IMG/VR virus record: IMGVR_UViG_3300036795_000250
Location: 32,001-96,000 of that record
Length of the DNA: 64,000 nucleotides
Strand: one strand, 5' to 3'
From: a virus
Part shown: in pieces, positions 38,111-47,987 of the stretch
Layout of the letters: the number at the start of each line of letters is the position of its first letter
Numbering within the stretch: position 1 is the stretch's first letter
The notes under the pieces: generated by a model
The model's database searches: none
Seen by the model: only the letters and a program-made list of their open reading frames with translations
What the model was told of the DNA's origin: nothing
Translations under genes and position numbers: made by a program

Positions 38111-39040
38111 CTATCCCTCCACCGGCCTGCCGCAGGTCGGACATGTGCCTGCATTCACCAGCGCCGCGTGCAGCGCAGCGTGCTCCTCTTGTTCCCGCTG
38201 CTGCCAATGCAGCAGGCTCGCTTGGTACGTCACCGCGCTCTGCTGTGCTTGTCTGATGGTCGTGGTCAACTGGAGGCAGGTATGCAGTTTCCTCTGTGCC
38301 GCGTTGACCTCGTCCATATCCGGCACCGTGCGAACAACACGATCAGCGAGCACCGTCTCCGCAGCGCGCGCGGCATCAAGCAGCCGGGTCAATTTGCTGG
38401 TCTCGCTCTGCAACGCCTCGGCGCTGCGCGCGAGGCGCCCAAGCTCGGCGACGCGATGCACGCGCTGCGGGAGATCCTGAAAGGACTGAAGTTGGGCGCG
38501 GAGCCCGTCAAGGTCCTGCTGGCGCACTTTCAACGTGCTCTGCGCACTGAGCCGACGCCGGTTGGCCTCCCGTGCCGCGTCAAAGATGATGCTGACATTG
38601 GTCAGAGCGCCCAACACTCGGGCCACGGTGCCTCCTGACTGGGTCAGCAGATAGGGACGGTCGAACTGGCCGGCGACGTTCAGCGATGAGCCCTCATCGT
38701 CGGCCGGAATGCCCAGCGCCGTCGTCACCGCCTCGGGGACAGCGCCCGCCAGCTTCGTGAACACCAACTCCTCGCCGCCGATGTTGAGCCGGTACGCGCC
38801 ATGATTCTCGCTGCGCTCGATGGTGGCGATCGTGTCCTCGAAATGCAGGCTCACCGAGGCAGCCTTGGCGCCATGACTGATGTAGGAGGTCCCGCGCGCG
38901 TTGCAAATCAGCATCCGCAGCGCACGGATCAGTGCGCTCTTGCCGCTCGACGACGGGCCCACGATCACCGTGAGCCGCCCCAGGCCCAGCTCGACCTGAC
39001 GCAGCGACTGGTAGTGCTGGACCCGAAGCCGTTCCCACAT
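38111..39040 (-). CDS. Rad50/SbcC N-terminal half ending in a zinc hook
   Basis: LRVQHYQS, IVGPSSSGKSALIRAL (Walker A), Q-loop AGQFD, coiled coil, C-terminal CPTCG. Confidence 0.87.
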   Translation of the reverse strand: MWERLRVQHYQSLRQVELGLGRLTVIVGPSSSGKSALIRALRMLICNARGTSYISHGAKAASVSLHFEDTIATIERSENHGAYRLNIGGEELVFTKLAGAVPEAVTTALGIPADDEGSSLNVAGQFDRPYLLTQSGGTVARVLGALTNVSIIFDAAREANRRRLSAQSTLKVRQQDLDGLRAQLQSFQDLPQRVHRVAELGRLARSAEALQSETSKLTRLLDAARAAETVLADRVVRTVPDMDEVNAAQRKLHTCLQLTTTIRQAQQSAVTYQASLLHWQQREQEEHAALHAALVNAGTCPTCGRPVEG

Positions 39041-40134
39041 CAGACGGAGGGCAGCAGTTGGCGACAGGAGTCGCAACGGCCGGCCACTGCGTAGGGCAAT
39101 TGGCCACCGATCGTCATCAACCGATCCGCCGTCTCGGGGCTCACGTCAGCCTGATTCGCCACGGCGGTCACCGCCTGCATCACGCTGTACATGGACAGGT
39201 TCGTCTCGTCGACCATGGAGTTGATGATCGCGGTGCGCTGCGGCACTGGCACGCGGAATCGGGTGAACACGTCGCGCAGCACATCCACCGTCTCTCCCTG
39301 GATCGAGGTGTCTGCCATTACCTGCACCGCGTCCAACGAGGACTCCAGGCCGCCCAGCACGCCGTCCACCGCCGCTCGCGCCCACTCATAGACTTCCTCG
39401 CTCTGCCCGGCCCGCCGGGACCACGTGCCGCTGCTGGCGTGCGTATCGATAGAGCCGTTCGTGCACCAAAACCGGAACAAATAGCCGTCGATGCTGGTCG
39501 GGTGCTCACCAGACAAGGAGTTCAGGATCTGGAGACCGACCGACCACGAGTCATTTTCGGTCCCGGTCCGCTCGATCACCCGCTGCTTCTCGGGGATGAT
39601 CAGACGCAGCCGGGTGGTGCGCAAGGTGTGCTGGAACTTGGACTTGTCCACCAGCACCTCGCCCACACCGTATTTGTCCTCGATCCCTTGGAGTACCTCG
39701 GACACGAGCCGCTGGTTGCTGAAGGGCAGCAGCGAGTCCTTGCTGACGGCCAGCACCGTGTCCTCGCGCGCGAGGGCCTTGTACTTCGTCGGCATGTGGT
39801 TGTCGCTGTACCAGTAGTTCAGCTGCGGCTCGATCAGCGCGGCCGGGGTACGCAGGGTATAGGCCCGAGGCAGACCGCAGGCGCTGGTCGTCTCCAGCGC
39901 GGCATCCTTGGTCAGCTGGTACTCGCGCCGTCCAATGGAGACGTAGGCATCGACCCGAGCCAAACCATCGGCCGCCTCCAGGGCGTGGTTCCAGCCCGGC
40001 TCCAGCCGGAACCGGACGGGTTCCGTCGGCACCGTGAAGGGCACCGTGGTTAGTGGCTCGGTGGTGGCGAGGATCTCGCGAGTCTGCGCTAGCGAGAGCA
40101 TGCGCCCCCGGACATCGTCGATCGTGTAGGTCAT
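39040..40134 (-). CDS. DUF932-family protein
   Basis: VGLQILNSLSG..IDGYLFRFWCTNG, MYSVMQAVT. Confidence 0.7.
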   Translation of the reverse strand: MTYTIDDVRGRMLSLAQTREILATTEPLTTVPFTVPTEPVRFRLEPGWNHALEAADGLARVDAYVSIGRREYQLTKDAALETTSACGLPRAYTLRTPAALIEPQLNYWYSDNHMPTKYKALAREDTVLAVSKDSLLPFSNQRLVSEVLQGIEDKYGVGEVLVDKSKFQHTLRTTRLRLIIPEKQRVIERTGTENDSWSVGLQILNSLSGEHPTSIDGYLFRFWCTNGSIDTHASSGTWSRRAGQSEEVYEWARAAVDGVLGGLESSLDAVQVMADTSIQGETVDVLRDVFTRFRVPVPQRTAIINSMVDETNLSMYSVMQAVTAVANQADVSPETADRLMTIGGQLPYAVAGRCDSCRQLLPSV

Positions 40135-40169
40135 CGTCCTTGTCCTCTCCCCGGAAGGGGCTTCCTTTT

Positions 40170-41549
40170 TTATGCTTGGGGGTCTGTCGTGATGAGTAGC
40201 CCTGCCAACTCATCGGGATCGGTAATCACCTTGCTCGGCTTACTGGCGACGCGAGCCGGCGCTGGTGCCACGTCATCAGAAGCGGAGTCCTCCTCAACGG
40301 ACACCAGGAGGTCGTTGAGAGCGGAACGGTGCGGCGGTTGCACCGACGGCTCGTCCTCCACCTGCCAGTCGATGTCTCCACCGGTCGTCAGCGACGTCAG
40401 CTCATCGCCGCTCAGCGGCTCGGGGTGGATTGCGGCCTGAACCTCGGCGGGCTGGATGACCAACTCCCGAGCCATCGCGATGGCTTTCCAGCGCCATGCC
40501 GGGTGTGCGTCCGCATAGGACAGAATGTTCTCTTCACCTCGGACATAGAACCGGCCGATGCTGGTCTGGTCCATGTCTGCTGCGGCTAGCGTCTGGTCGT
40601 TCATGTAGTAGTAGCCGCTAGACAGCTTGATGTTGCCGTAGGCCACCAGCACTTGCAGCGCCGACCACAGCTCGTCGAACCCCTGCCCATAGCGGATACG
40701 GATCTCCGCCTCGCGGAACGGCACGCCAACTTTGTTCTTTACTGCCTTGACTTTGACCTGGGTTGATAGAGGGCGCTCGACATAGGCGTCATGGAGGGCG
40801 TCCCACACCTTTCCCTTAATCGTCTTGATCTGGCGGTACTCCAAGCGCAGGCTGGCGTAGTACTTCAGGGCCTTGCCGCCCGAACTGGTGACCTTCGGAG
40901 GCAGCCCGGGTCGCCCGCCGACCATCGCCACTTCTTCCATCAGGTGGTTCAGGAAGACCGCGCACGACGCCGTTTCGGAGAGCATCGCGTTGAGCAGCCG
41001 GAGCAAGCCGGCCAGCAGCCGTGCTCGGTTCATCGCGCTCGTGCGCTGATCGAATGACCCGTCCTCGATGGACGCGGGCGTCATCGCCGCCACCGAGTCC
41101 CAGATGGACATCCGTACCTGACCCGTCGGGATCAGCTTGAGGGCCACCTCGGCGCCTTCTTCCAGCCACGCCGGCTGGACCAGAAGGAAGCTCGGGTGCT
41201 CCACATCCAGACCCAACGCTTTGCTGTAGTTGAGATCCAATGCGTGTTCGTAGTCGAGATAGAGGATGTACTCCTCGCGTCCCGACGTGATGATGTCTTG
41301 CTGCAATCGAGCTGCTGCTTGAAGCGCTGTTGTGCTCTTCCCTGACGAGGGCAGCCCGTAGAGCTCCGTGATGCGACCCAGCGGTATGCCGCCCACGGCG
41401 GAGACGTAGTCGACCGCGATGTTCCCGGTCGAGGTCGCCTGCACCGGGCGCACCACGTCGCTGAACGTGCCAATACGCAGGTTGGACTTCTTGGCGATGT
41501 CCTTGATCAGTGAGGCAACAGAAGGGCTCGACTCGGATACCAAGTTCAT
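40170..41549 (-). CDS. recA: RecA-like recombinase with acidic C-terminal extension
   Basis: GGIPLGRITELYGLPSSGKST, YLDYEHALD, WDSVAAM, SSGGKALKYYASLRL, KNKV. Confidence 0.95.
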   Translation of the reverse strand: MNLVSESSPSVASLIKDIAKKSNLRIGTFSDVVRPVQATSTGNIAVDYVSAVGGIPLGRITELYGLPSSGKSTTALQAAARLQQDIITSGREEYILYLDYEHALDLNYSKALGLDVEHPSFLLVQPAWLEEGAEVALKLIPTGQVRMSIWDSVAAMTPASIEDGSFDQRTSAMNRARLLAGLLRLLNAMLSETASCAVFLNHLMEEVAMVGGRPGLPPKVTSSGGKALKYYASLRLEYRQIKTIKGKVWDALHDAYVERPLSTQVKVKAVKNKVGVPFREAEIRIRYGQGFDELWSALQVLVAYGNIKLSSGYYYMNDQTLAAADMDQTSIGRFYVRGEENILSYADAHPAWRWKAIAMARELVIQPAEVQAAIHPEPLSGDELTSLTTGGDIDWQVEDEPSVQPPHRSALNDLLVSVEEDSASDDVAPAPARVASKPSKVITDPDELAGLLITTDPQA

Positions 41550-41556
41550 CGCCTTC

Positions 41557-42018
41557 TCAACTGGTAGAAGCAGCATCGTGGGCGCGCGAGGCGCTTAGGA
41601 GCGCTGTGGCTGGCGGGTGAAGTAGATAGTCAATGCCTCGCTGTAGAGCATCAGGGCTATTGCGGAGATGACCTAACACTCCTTGGTTACACGGGCCGCA
41701 GAGCAGTCCACGGACACACTGTCCACAGGCAGGTAGCTCGGGACAGCATAAGTGGTCGTGGTCCACCGGAAGCCGCTTCGTTTTACCGGTAGCCCGCTGG
41801 CAGATGTAACACACACCGCCTTGGGCTTCGTATAACTCCCAGTATTGTTCGCCGGTGATGCCGTAATTGCGGAGCACTGTCAGTGAATGTGCCCGATCCC
41901 GATTCGCTCGAACCTTAAGCCGGTGGTGGGTGTGACACCGAGGACCTGGATACGGTGCCGGCCGGGTGCTGGCCGGTCCGCAGTCCTTGCACACCTTCTT
42001 GCGGGGAATGGCTGCCAC
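41557..42018 (-). CDS. Recombination endonuclease VII (Holliday junction resolvase-like)
   Basis: YGIT..Y..L..AQGGVCYIC..LPVDHDH..VRGLLCGPCN. Confidence 0.9.
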   Translation of the reverse strand: MAAIPRKKVCKDCGPASTRPAPYPGPRCHTHHRLKVRANRDRAHSLTVLRNYGITGEQYWELYEAQGGVCYICQRATGKTKRLPVDHDHLCCPELPACGQCVRGLLCGPCNQGVLGHLRNSPDALQRGIDYLLHPPATALLSASRAHDAASTS

Positions 42019-42026
42019 GGCAGTCT

Positions 42027-43121
42027 CTAGGCGTCGAGCTGGTTCAGCAGATCATCGAACGACAACGGGGCCGCTGCGATGGCGGGTGACGGGCTCGCTG
42101 GAGCTGGGCTCGCAGACGCGGCTCCGGGTGCTGCCGACGGTGCCGACGGAGCTAGCTCCGTGCTCGGTACACCGGCCGTGGCATCCTGCACGGCGGCGAA
42201 ACCGGCGCCCGCAGGGTCGGTTGCCGTGCTGGCCGCGTCCTGCCCGCCTGTGAGTAACGTGGAGAAGTCTTCGGTACGCGGCGGGCTCGGTGCGAACTCG
42301 TCCAGGCCGCCAGGGTGATCCTTGAGCAACGCGTCCAGACCCTCGGTGAGAGACTCCGCGCTCTGCGTGGCGTCCTGCTCCGGCTGGCCGTTCACGATGC
42401 GCCAACGCGCCTGCACCTTCTCTAGGTCCTCGATCATCCAGGAGCGCTCGACCTTGCGGCCACAGAACGCCTCCAGGTTCGGAGCCTTGTTCTCCCGGAA
42501 CGTCTGGAGGACGTTGGCCTTCTGCTCTTCGCTGTCCTGCCAGGCGGCCTTGGCCGAGATAGCGATGTCGAACTTCTGGAAGTCACCCGAGAGACAGGGG
42601 CCCAGGAGCAGATCGTGATTCTGGAGGCTGCCCCACTCCGCGACAAAGTCGACCAGCTTGTTGAAGATCGAGTCCGGGAAGGCCCACACCATCAACTGGC
42701 AGGAGAACGGCGAGGCGAGGTCGAAGCCGCCGCCGGTCGATTTGAGGGTGTACCGCACGACGTGCATGGCGAAGCGACGCTCGGGCGGAGATGCCATATC
42801 CGACGTGCTGGCCAGTGCGCACACCGGACAGTTCTTCGGATCGGTTCCCTTGTCCTCCAGAATGCCTTCATCACCGAGGCAGAGCGGCCGGCCGATGAAG
42901 TCCATCTTCAGGACCTCACGAGACTCGCCGCTCTTGGTCTCCACGGGCACGTATTTGGGCTGGCCGTTCACGATGGTCGGCGCGCGCAGCGTGTGAACGA
43001 AGGCGAACGCTGGTTCTTCCGGGCACAGAATCCGGGCCCGTTCATCCTTAGCCAGCTTCAGCTTAGGATAGTCGGACATGCTCGTATTCTTGTTCTTAGC
43101 CTCAAAGCTCATTTGGCGCAT
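42027..43121 (-). CDS. gp32-like single-stranded DNA-binding protein
   Basis: KLKLAKDERARI, CLG..CPVC Zn site, acidic tail PLSFDDLLNQLDA resembling the T4 gp32 tail; next to recA/endoVII. Confidence 0.65.
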   Translation of the reverse strand: MRQMSFEAKNKNTSMSDYPKLKLAKDERARILCPEEPAFAFVHTLRAPTIVNGQPKYVPVETKSGESREVLKMDFIGRPLCLGDEGILEDKGTDPKNCPVCALASTSDMASPPERRFAMHVVRYTLKSTGGGFDLASPFSCQLMVWAFPDSIFNKLVDFVAEWGSLQNHDLLLGPCLSGDFQKFDIAISAKAAWQDSEEQKANVLQTFRENKAPNLEAFCGRKVERSWMIEDLEKVQARWRIVNGQPEQDATQSAESLTEGLDALLKDHPGGLDEFAPSPPRTEDFSTLLTGGQDAASTATDPAGAGFAAVQDATAGVPSTELAPSAPSAAPGAASASPAPASPSPAIAAAPLSFDDLLNQLDA

Positions 43122-43241
43122 AGTTTTTACTCGTCTTCTCGGTTATGGTGGTGTGTAAGGCAGTCGGGACTCGACCGCACGAATCACAGTACGGGGTGCC
43201 TCCGACATTTCACCACGACCTGGTGAGGGTTTATTCGGGCC

Positions 43242-43742
43242 TTACTGTTCCAAGTGGGTGGCAAATTGCTGGCTGCGCAGAATCGTCACGTGGTCTTGTC
43301 GCAGCCCATCAAGGCCACGATGCATTGTCCTAATAGCATCGTAGGTTTCATCGCAGTGCCCAGCCAACGCCTCTGCTAGCCGAGCCTCATGGCGATGTTC
43401 TAAGGTCGATAAGTCAGCCTCGGCATAGCGTTCCCTTGGGCCTTGAAACTCCGGTCCTTGGCGGACCGACGACGTCGCGACTCTCCGCACCGCCCGGTTC
43501 CAGTGATCGTCGGCACTGGCGGTGGCCGCAGTCGCTGCGCGCCGCGCGCGTGCTCGAATGCGAAGCGTTCTCACCAGCAACTCCTCAACCCGGTCGAGCC
43601 GCTGCCGAGTCTCGATGAGGCTGTTCATGACGACTTCGGGGCCGGCCCCGGGTGGCGGGATGGTGAAGGTGAACCGCAGATCAAGAGCCTCCACAAGATA
43701 GTCCTGGAGGAGCCGCTCGACCTGCTGACTATCCACCGTCAA
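43242..43742 (-). CDS. Hypothetical helical protein (position suggests recombination mediator)
   Basis: 166 aa coiled-coil-like, upstream of ssb. Confidence 0.55.
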   Translation of the reverse strand: MTVDSQQVERLLQDYLVEALDLRFTFTIPPPGAGPEVVMNSLIETRQRLDRVEELLVRTLRIRARARRAATAATASADDHWNRAVRRVATSSVRQGPEFQGPRERYAEADLSTLEHRHEARLAEALAGHCDETYDAIRTMHRGLDGLRQDHVTILRSQQFATHLEQ

Positions 43743-44095
43743 TTCGTGGCCCCCACGTATTTAGCAGACAACCTGTCCCACAACGCACGATGTGCAGCCA
43801 GCAGTTGTTTGATAAGAGGGTCATTGCCAGGCAGATCGAGCCGCACTTTCTGCTCCATGGTGAGCAGCAGTTCGGCTTCCTGCTCCAGGAGTTGCCACAC
43901 CTCACGCACCGCTAGTTGGGACGCTGCGGTGCCCGGCAGCTTCTCGGCCAGCATGCGTGCGAGATCCTCTTCGTCCAGGGTGATATCGATCTTGTGATAC
44001 TGGCCGTTCGCGGTTTGCACCGTCACGGCACGTCGCCATCGCATGCAACAGCCTCCAAGAGGTTGGTGGACAAACCCACGATCACGACCGAGCAA
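43739..44095 (-). CDS. Hypothetical protein
   Basis: Between polA and next gene; start uncertain. Confidence 0.5.
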   Translation of the reverse strand: MLGRDRGFVHQPLGGCCMRWRRAVTVQTANGQYHKIDITLDEEDLARMLAEKLPGTAASQLAVREVWQLLEQEAELLLTMEQKVRLDLPGNDPLIKQLLAAHRALWDRLSAKYVGATN

Positions 44096-46424
44096 GCTCT
44101 GACGACGCCATCACGACGGTGGCCTGGCCGAACAGTTCGGCGACGTCGGCCTCATGTGCTGCGCCGAGCCCGGTACGATGCTTCTCCAACAGAATGGTCC
44201 CGCCTGGGGTACGCAACTCGACAACATTGCGCCCCGGAATGCTATCGAGCAGTGCCAGGAATTGAGCCCATGTTGTCTGGTCGGGCATCTGCTGCAACTC
44301 GACAATCACACACTCGGTCTGCGGCAATGGTGTGGTACTCGGTGTAGCCGGGTCTGCGGCAGCGTCTACAGCGGTCTCCGGATTGTCCTCGGTGATAGGC
44401 ACCTCAGGCTCCTCCACCTTCTTCTTGCCGTCAACCACACGCCACACGCCGGCCGGATCCTTCTTCAGGTGGTGCACTGAACCCCACGTTGCGCCGATGT
44501 ACCAGTCCGCTGCCATCTGCGGCCAGCCATTGATCGGGAATATCACGGCTGGTTCCAGTACGTCGATAACCTGCTGCGGGGACAGTGATTTGTGCACGTA
44601 GAAGTTGAGCGCGTCATGGATGTTCATGACCAGGTGTACTCGGTCCATCAGACCAGCTCGCACCAAGACCTTACGAGCGCGGACCATCGCCGCTTTGGGA
44701 ACGTCTCCGGTCGCCGAGGACTGGATCGGATAATTGATGCACGCCCGCTCGCCCTTGTTGTAGATCCAGCGCTCGGTCGAGCCGAACTCCCAGATAGGAC
44801 AGTGCCTGCCGAAGTGGGAGAGCACATAACCATTAGCCTTGCCAAACGCGATCTGGCCATCAGCCCATTGAGAGATATGCGGGTAGGACGCGTGGAACTG
44901 GCTGAACAGCGGCTGTGCTTCCGCGACCGGTATCCCCAGCCGTTCCGCCAGCGACTGCACCTTCATGCCATAGTCGACCGCGAAGTTCAACATCTTCCCC
45001 AGAGAGCGCTCCTTCTCACCCACCTGCTCCACAGGAATGCCCAGCATCAGCGATCCGGTCATGACATGCGGGTCGATCCCGCGAGCGAAGGCATCGATGA
45101 GCGCGGTCTCGTGGGCTTCTCCGGCGATGCCGCGTAGCTCGGCCTGCTCGTAGTCGAAGCCGAGGAGGTAGTGATCGGGCGGGGCGACGATGGCGTCACG
45201 GAAGTTCAGATCGAACGTCTCACCCGAGGCCAGTTCGTAGTGGTAGCGCTTCGGCGTGTTCTGATAGTTCGGATCGGAGAGTGCGAACCGGCCGGTGATG
45301 ACGAACATCTGGAGGTGGTCGGGGTGGACCCGACCGTCGGCGGCGTAGGTGAAGTCGCGTTCGTACTTGACCAGGAAATTGTTGATGAGAGTCTTGATTT
45401 CCTTGTAATCCAGGATCTTCCTGACAACAGGGTGCTTCGCAGCCAGTTCCTTGAGCGCCTCTGCGTCGGTCGACATCGTGCGTTCGGCCTTTGGTTTGTT
45501 CCTGGTGCCAGCGGTGTAGTGACTCGTCTTCATACCCAACTGCGTGAACAGGATCTCTTGCAGTTGCTTGGGTGAACCGAGGTTGATCTGTACCGGCTGC
45601 CCAACCATGGCCGACAGCTCTGCCTGGATCTCCGGGTCGAGCTTGGACTGGAACTCTTGGGCGCGTTGCGCCGCTGCGCGCAGGAAACTCCAGTCGTACT
45701 GAACCCCGTGATCTTCCATCTCACACACAACCTGGATGGTTTCCATCTCCAGTTGGTAGACCAGTGACCGTTCGGTCTTGGCCCGGGTGTAGTTCTCGCG
45801 GTGCAGTTGCAGCGTCCACAGCGAGTCTTCACAGGCGTACTCGACGGCTTGTGGCGACAGCTCCAGTACATTGAAGCGCAGTATCGCTCGCTTGTTCTGT
45901 GGCAGATCGGGAAATAACTCCCACAGCTCGATCATGTCGTGCTGAAAGGTCTCCCTGACTAGATACTTCAGACCGTATTTAGCATAGTCGGCTAGCACAT
46001 ACGCTTCGGCCATCGTGTCTGAGTAGACGGGGAAGTAACCGTTGGCCGCACGAACCGCGTCGCCATAGCGACGGTGATCCCAGAGATGCTGGCGGAAGTA
46101 GCGGGACAGGTGTCGCTTTTCGAATTTCGCGTTGTGGGCGACGCCTTTGCCGGAGATGAACCACGGCCACAGCAACTCCGCGACGGCCTGATTGTCTAGG
46201 TTCTCCGCGTCGTCATGGGCGAGTGGAACATAGCGCGCCCAGTGTTCCGAGTTCGTGAAGCTAAAACCGGCGATGAGGGCTGTCTCTGGGTGGAGGGAGA
46301 ATTTCTCACGTGGCGGGCCGAGATATCCCGTCTCGATGTCGAACGCATAGACGTCCTCATCGATACGGTTGATGTGTGTCTCCAACTCATCCAGAGAGGT
46401 GATGACTCCATAGTTCTTCTTCAT
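44082..46424 (-). CDS. polA: Family A DNA polymerase with 3'-5' exonuclease, no 5'-3' exonuclease, extra C-terminal domain
   Basis: ExoI FDIETG, ExoII HNAKFE, ExoIII YACED; NLGSPKQL, TGRFALSDPNYQN, motif A FDYEQAELR, motif B RSLGKMLNFAVDYG, NYPIQS, motif C NIHDA. Confidence 0.95.
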   Translation of the reverse strand: MKKNYGVITSLDELETHINRIDEDVYAFDIETGYLGPPREKFSLHPETALIAGFSFTNSEHWARYVPLAHDDAENLDNQAVAELLWPWFISGKGVAHNAKFEKRHLSRYFRQHLWDHRRYGDAVRAANGYFPVYSDTMAEAYVLADYAKYGLKYLVRETFQHDMIELWELFPDLPQNKRAILRFNVLELSPQAVEYACEDSLWTLQLHRENYTRAKTERSLVYQLEMETIQVVCEMEDHGVQYDWSFLRAAAQRAQEFQSKLDPEIQAELSAMVGQPVQINLGSPKQLQEILFTQLGMKTSHYTAGTRNKPKAERTMSTDAEALKELAAKHPVVRKILDYKEIKTLINNFLVKYERDFTYAADGRVHPDHLQMFVITGRFALSDPNYQNTPKRYHYELASGETFDLNFRDAIVAPPDHYLLGFDYEQAELRGIAGEAHETALIDAFARGIDPHVMTGSLMLGIPVEQVGEKERSLGKMLNFAVDYGMKVQSLAERLGIPVAEAQPLFSQFHASYPHISQWADGQIAFGKANGYVLSHFGRHCPIWEFGSTERWIYNKGERACINYPIQSSATGDVPKAAMVRARKVLVRAGLMDRVHLVMNIHDALNFYVHKSLSPQQVIDVLEPAVIFPINGWPQMAADWYIGATWGSVHHLKKDPAGVWRVVDGKKKVEEPEVPITEDNPETAVDAAADPATPSTTPLPQTECVIVELQQMPDQTTWAQFLALLDSIPGRNVVELRTPGGTILLEKHRTGLGAAHEADVAELFGQATVVMASSELARS

Positions 46425-46432
46425 CACGAACC

Positions 46433-46729
46433 TCACTGCGGAAGATGTGATGCCGCCTGAAACGCGTGCACGATGGCATCCCGATACGGCCGGTCCAGTT
46501 CCTGAACCTGCGCGGACAACTGACCGAACGGGATCAGTGACCTGTGCTGCGGTGCGCTTTGCTCCTGCCAGAGTGACCACGCATCGTGTACGTCTTCCAG
46601 AGTCGTGTCGAGCCCCTTCGTGAGCGCCAGTAACGAATACATTCGCAGTAGCTCAGGCGGCAGGCCAGGCAGTTCCTGATCGATGTGGTCAATGACCGGC
46701 CGAATATAGGTCACCGGATGGGTTGTCAT
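46433..46729 (-). CDS. Small conserved phage protein with RyR-repeat-like motif
   Basis: VHDAWSLW..HRSLIPFGQLSAQVQELD. Confidence 0.6.
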   Translation of the reverse strand: MTTHPVTYIRPVIDHIDQELPGLPPELLRMYSLLALTKGLDTTLEDVHDAWSLWQEQSAPQHRSLIPFGQLSAQVQELDRPYRDAIVHAFQAASHLPQ

Positions 46730-47116
46730 ACCGTCCTTCCGCGCAGACCGCGCGCTCCTCGTACACATCAAGCTGGTTCATCAAGGCCAACACGGCGCGG
46801 GCAAGCACCCGAGTCTCAGACTGGCTCGCGTAATAGTCGGGTGCCTGCACCGCATACTGGGCTAGCGAGCGTGCCGCCTCAATGTCCTCGGAGATCACGT
46901 CAGCTGAGCCCGCAACTGTTCCACCTCGGCGAGGAGCGCGAGTATGTGGCCGTTGACCAGATCCATCACACTGCCGTCGGGCTCACTCATCAGTCGCTGT
47001 GCATCAGCGACCCACTCGGCTCGTGACCAGCCGCGCCGATCAACGTGGTAGGAGGCAATGACGTGGTCGCGTTGCCGATTGAGGGCTTCCCTCATTTGGT
47101 CATCGATATTCGTCAC
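46689..47116 (-). CDS. Two small hypothetical genes (46689-46898, 46895-47116)
   Basis: Overlapping, co-oriented. Confidence 0.45.
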
Positions 47117-47128
47117 GGCTATCTCCGC

Positions 47129-47977
47129 TCAGGTGACCGGAGACGTCCAGGTCGCGCTCCAGGTGATCGGGCCCACCAGACCGTCCACATGCAGACCCTT
47201 CTCCGCCTGGAACTGCCGACACATGCTCCAGCTCTCCGGGCCGAACATGCCGTCCGTGCTGAGGTGCCAGCCGCGCTGCGCCATCCGCGACTGCCATTCG
47301 GCGATTCCGGGACGGTCCCTGGTCCAGAAGCCGCTGTGGTTGTGGGGGTTGGCGGTCTCCGGGCCGTACCAGTCTCCGGCCGGGAGCGGGAATGCGGGCG
47401 CGATCGAGCCCGGTGCGGGCGGCGGGGGTGATACGGGGCTGCCGCCGAAGAAAGTTGCGTACTGTGCCTCGGAGCCCATCCATACGGACTCGTCCACCGC
47501 ACCAGAGATGCCCGGGATCGCGGCGGCGTCGGTGTACTGCCACAACACCTCCCCGTCGGTCGGAGCCGCCCCGCCCCACTTCGCCGACCACAGCAGGCCC
47601 CGGATACCACCGGGCAACGTGCTGGCCGAGCCGTAGGTCATTTCTTCCGGCACCGGTTCGCCGAGCGCGACCAGGAAGGAGTTCATCCATGCCGCGTTAC
47701 CAGACGTCTCCGCATCAAGGACCTTGGCGTCAGCCCCGGCGACCGCGCGGAAGTGGCCAGCTTCGCCACCAGCGTCTCCGAACCGAGCGAAGTGGTACGC
47801 CGCGACCAGAAGCCCGGCAGCCTTCGCTCCCGCACGGTCACCGGAGAAGTCGGGGTTCGTGTAGGTCGTGCCCTCGGTTGCTTTGATCATGACTGCGTCG
47901 ATGCCGGACGCCTTGACGGCAGCCCAGTTGATCGGGTGTGCGTTATTGCCGGACACATCAATGACTCGATGGCTCAT
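47129..47977 (-). CDS. Endolysin: GH25 muramidase plus C-terminal peptidoglycan-binding domain
   Basis: IDVS, IKATEG, AYHFA, LDAE, WQYTD, VD; Pro linker; WQSRM..DGMFGP..FQ..GLHVDGLVGPITW. Confidence 0.92.
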   Translation of the reverse strand: MSHRVIDVSGNNAHPINWAAVKASGIDAVMIKATEGTTYTNPDFSGDRAGAKAAGLLVAAYHFARFGDAGGEAGHFRAVAGADAKVLDAETSGNAAWMNSFLVALGEPVPEEMTYGSASTLPGGIRGLLWSAKWGGAAPTDGEVLWQYTDAAAIPGISGAVDESVWMGSEAQYATFFGGSPVSPPPPAPGSIAPAFPLPAGDWYGPETANPHNHSGFWTRDRPGIAEWQSRMAQRGWHLSTDGMFGPESWSMCRQFQAEKGLHVDGLVGPITWSATWTSPVT

Positions 47978-47987
47978 GTCGCGTTCC

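Noticed and set aside
43146-43225. tRNA-like sequence ending in CCA on the minus strand
   Set aside because: No GTTCRA T-loop, acceptor pairing or cloverleaf; kept only as a structured leader
12672-46424. Inteins or introns in terL, recA or polA
   Set aside because: Motifs are contiguous, lengths are normal and no intein C/S..HN boundaries were seen
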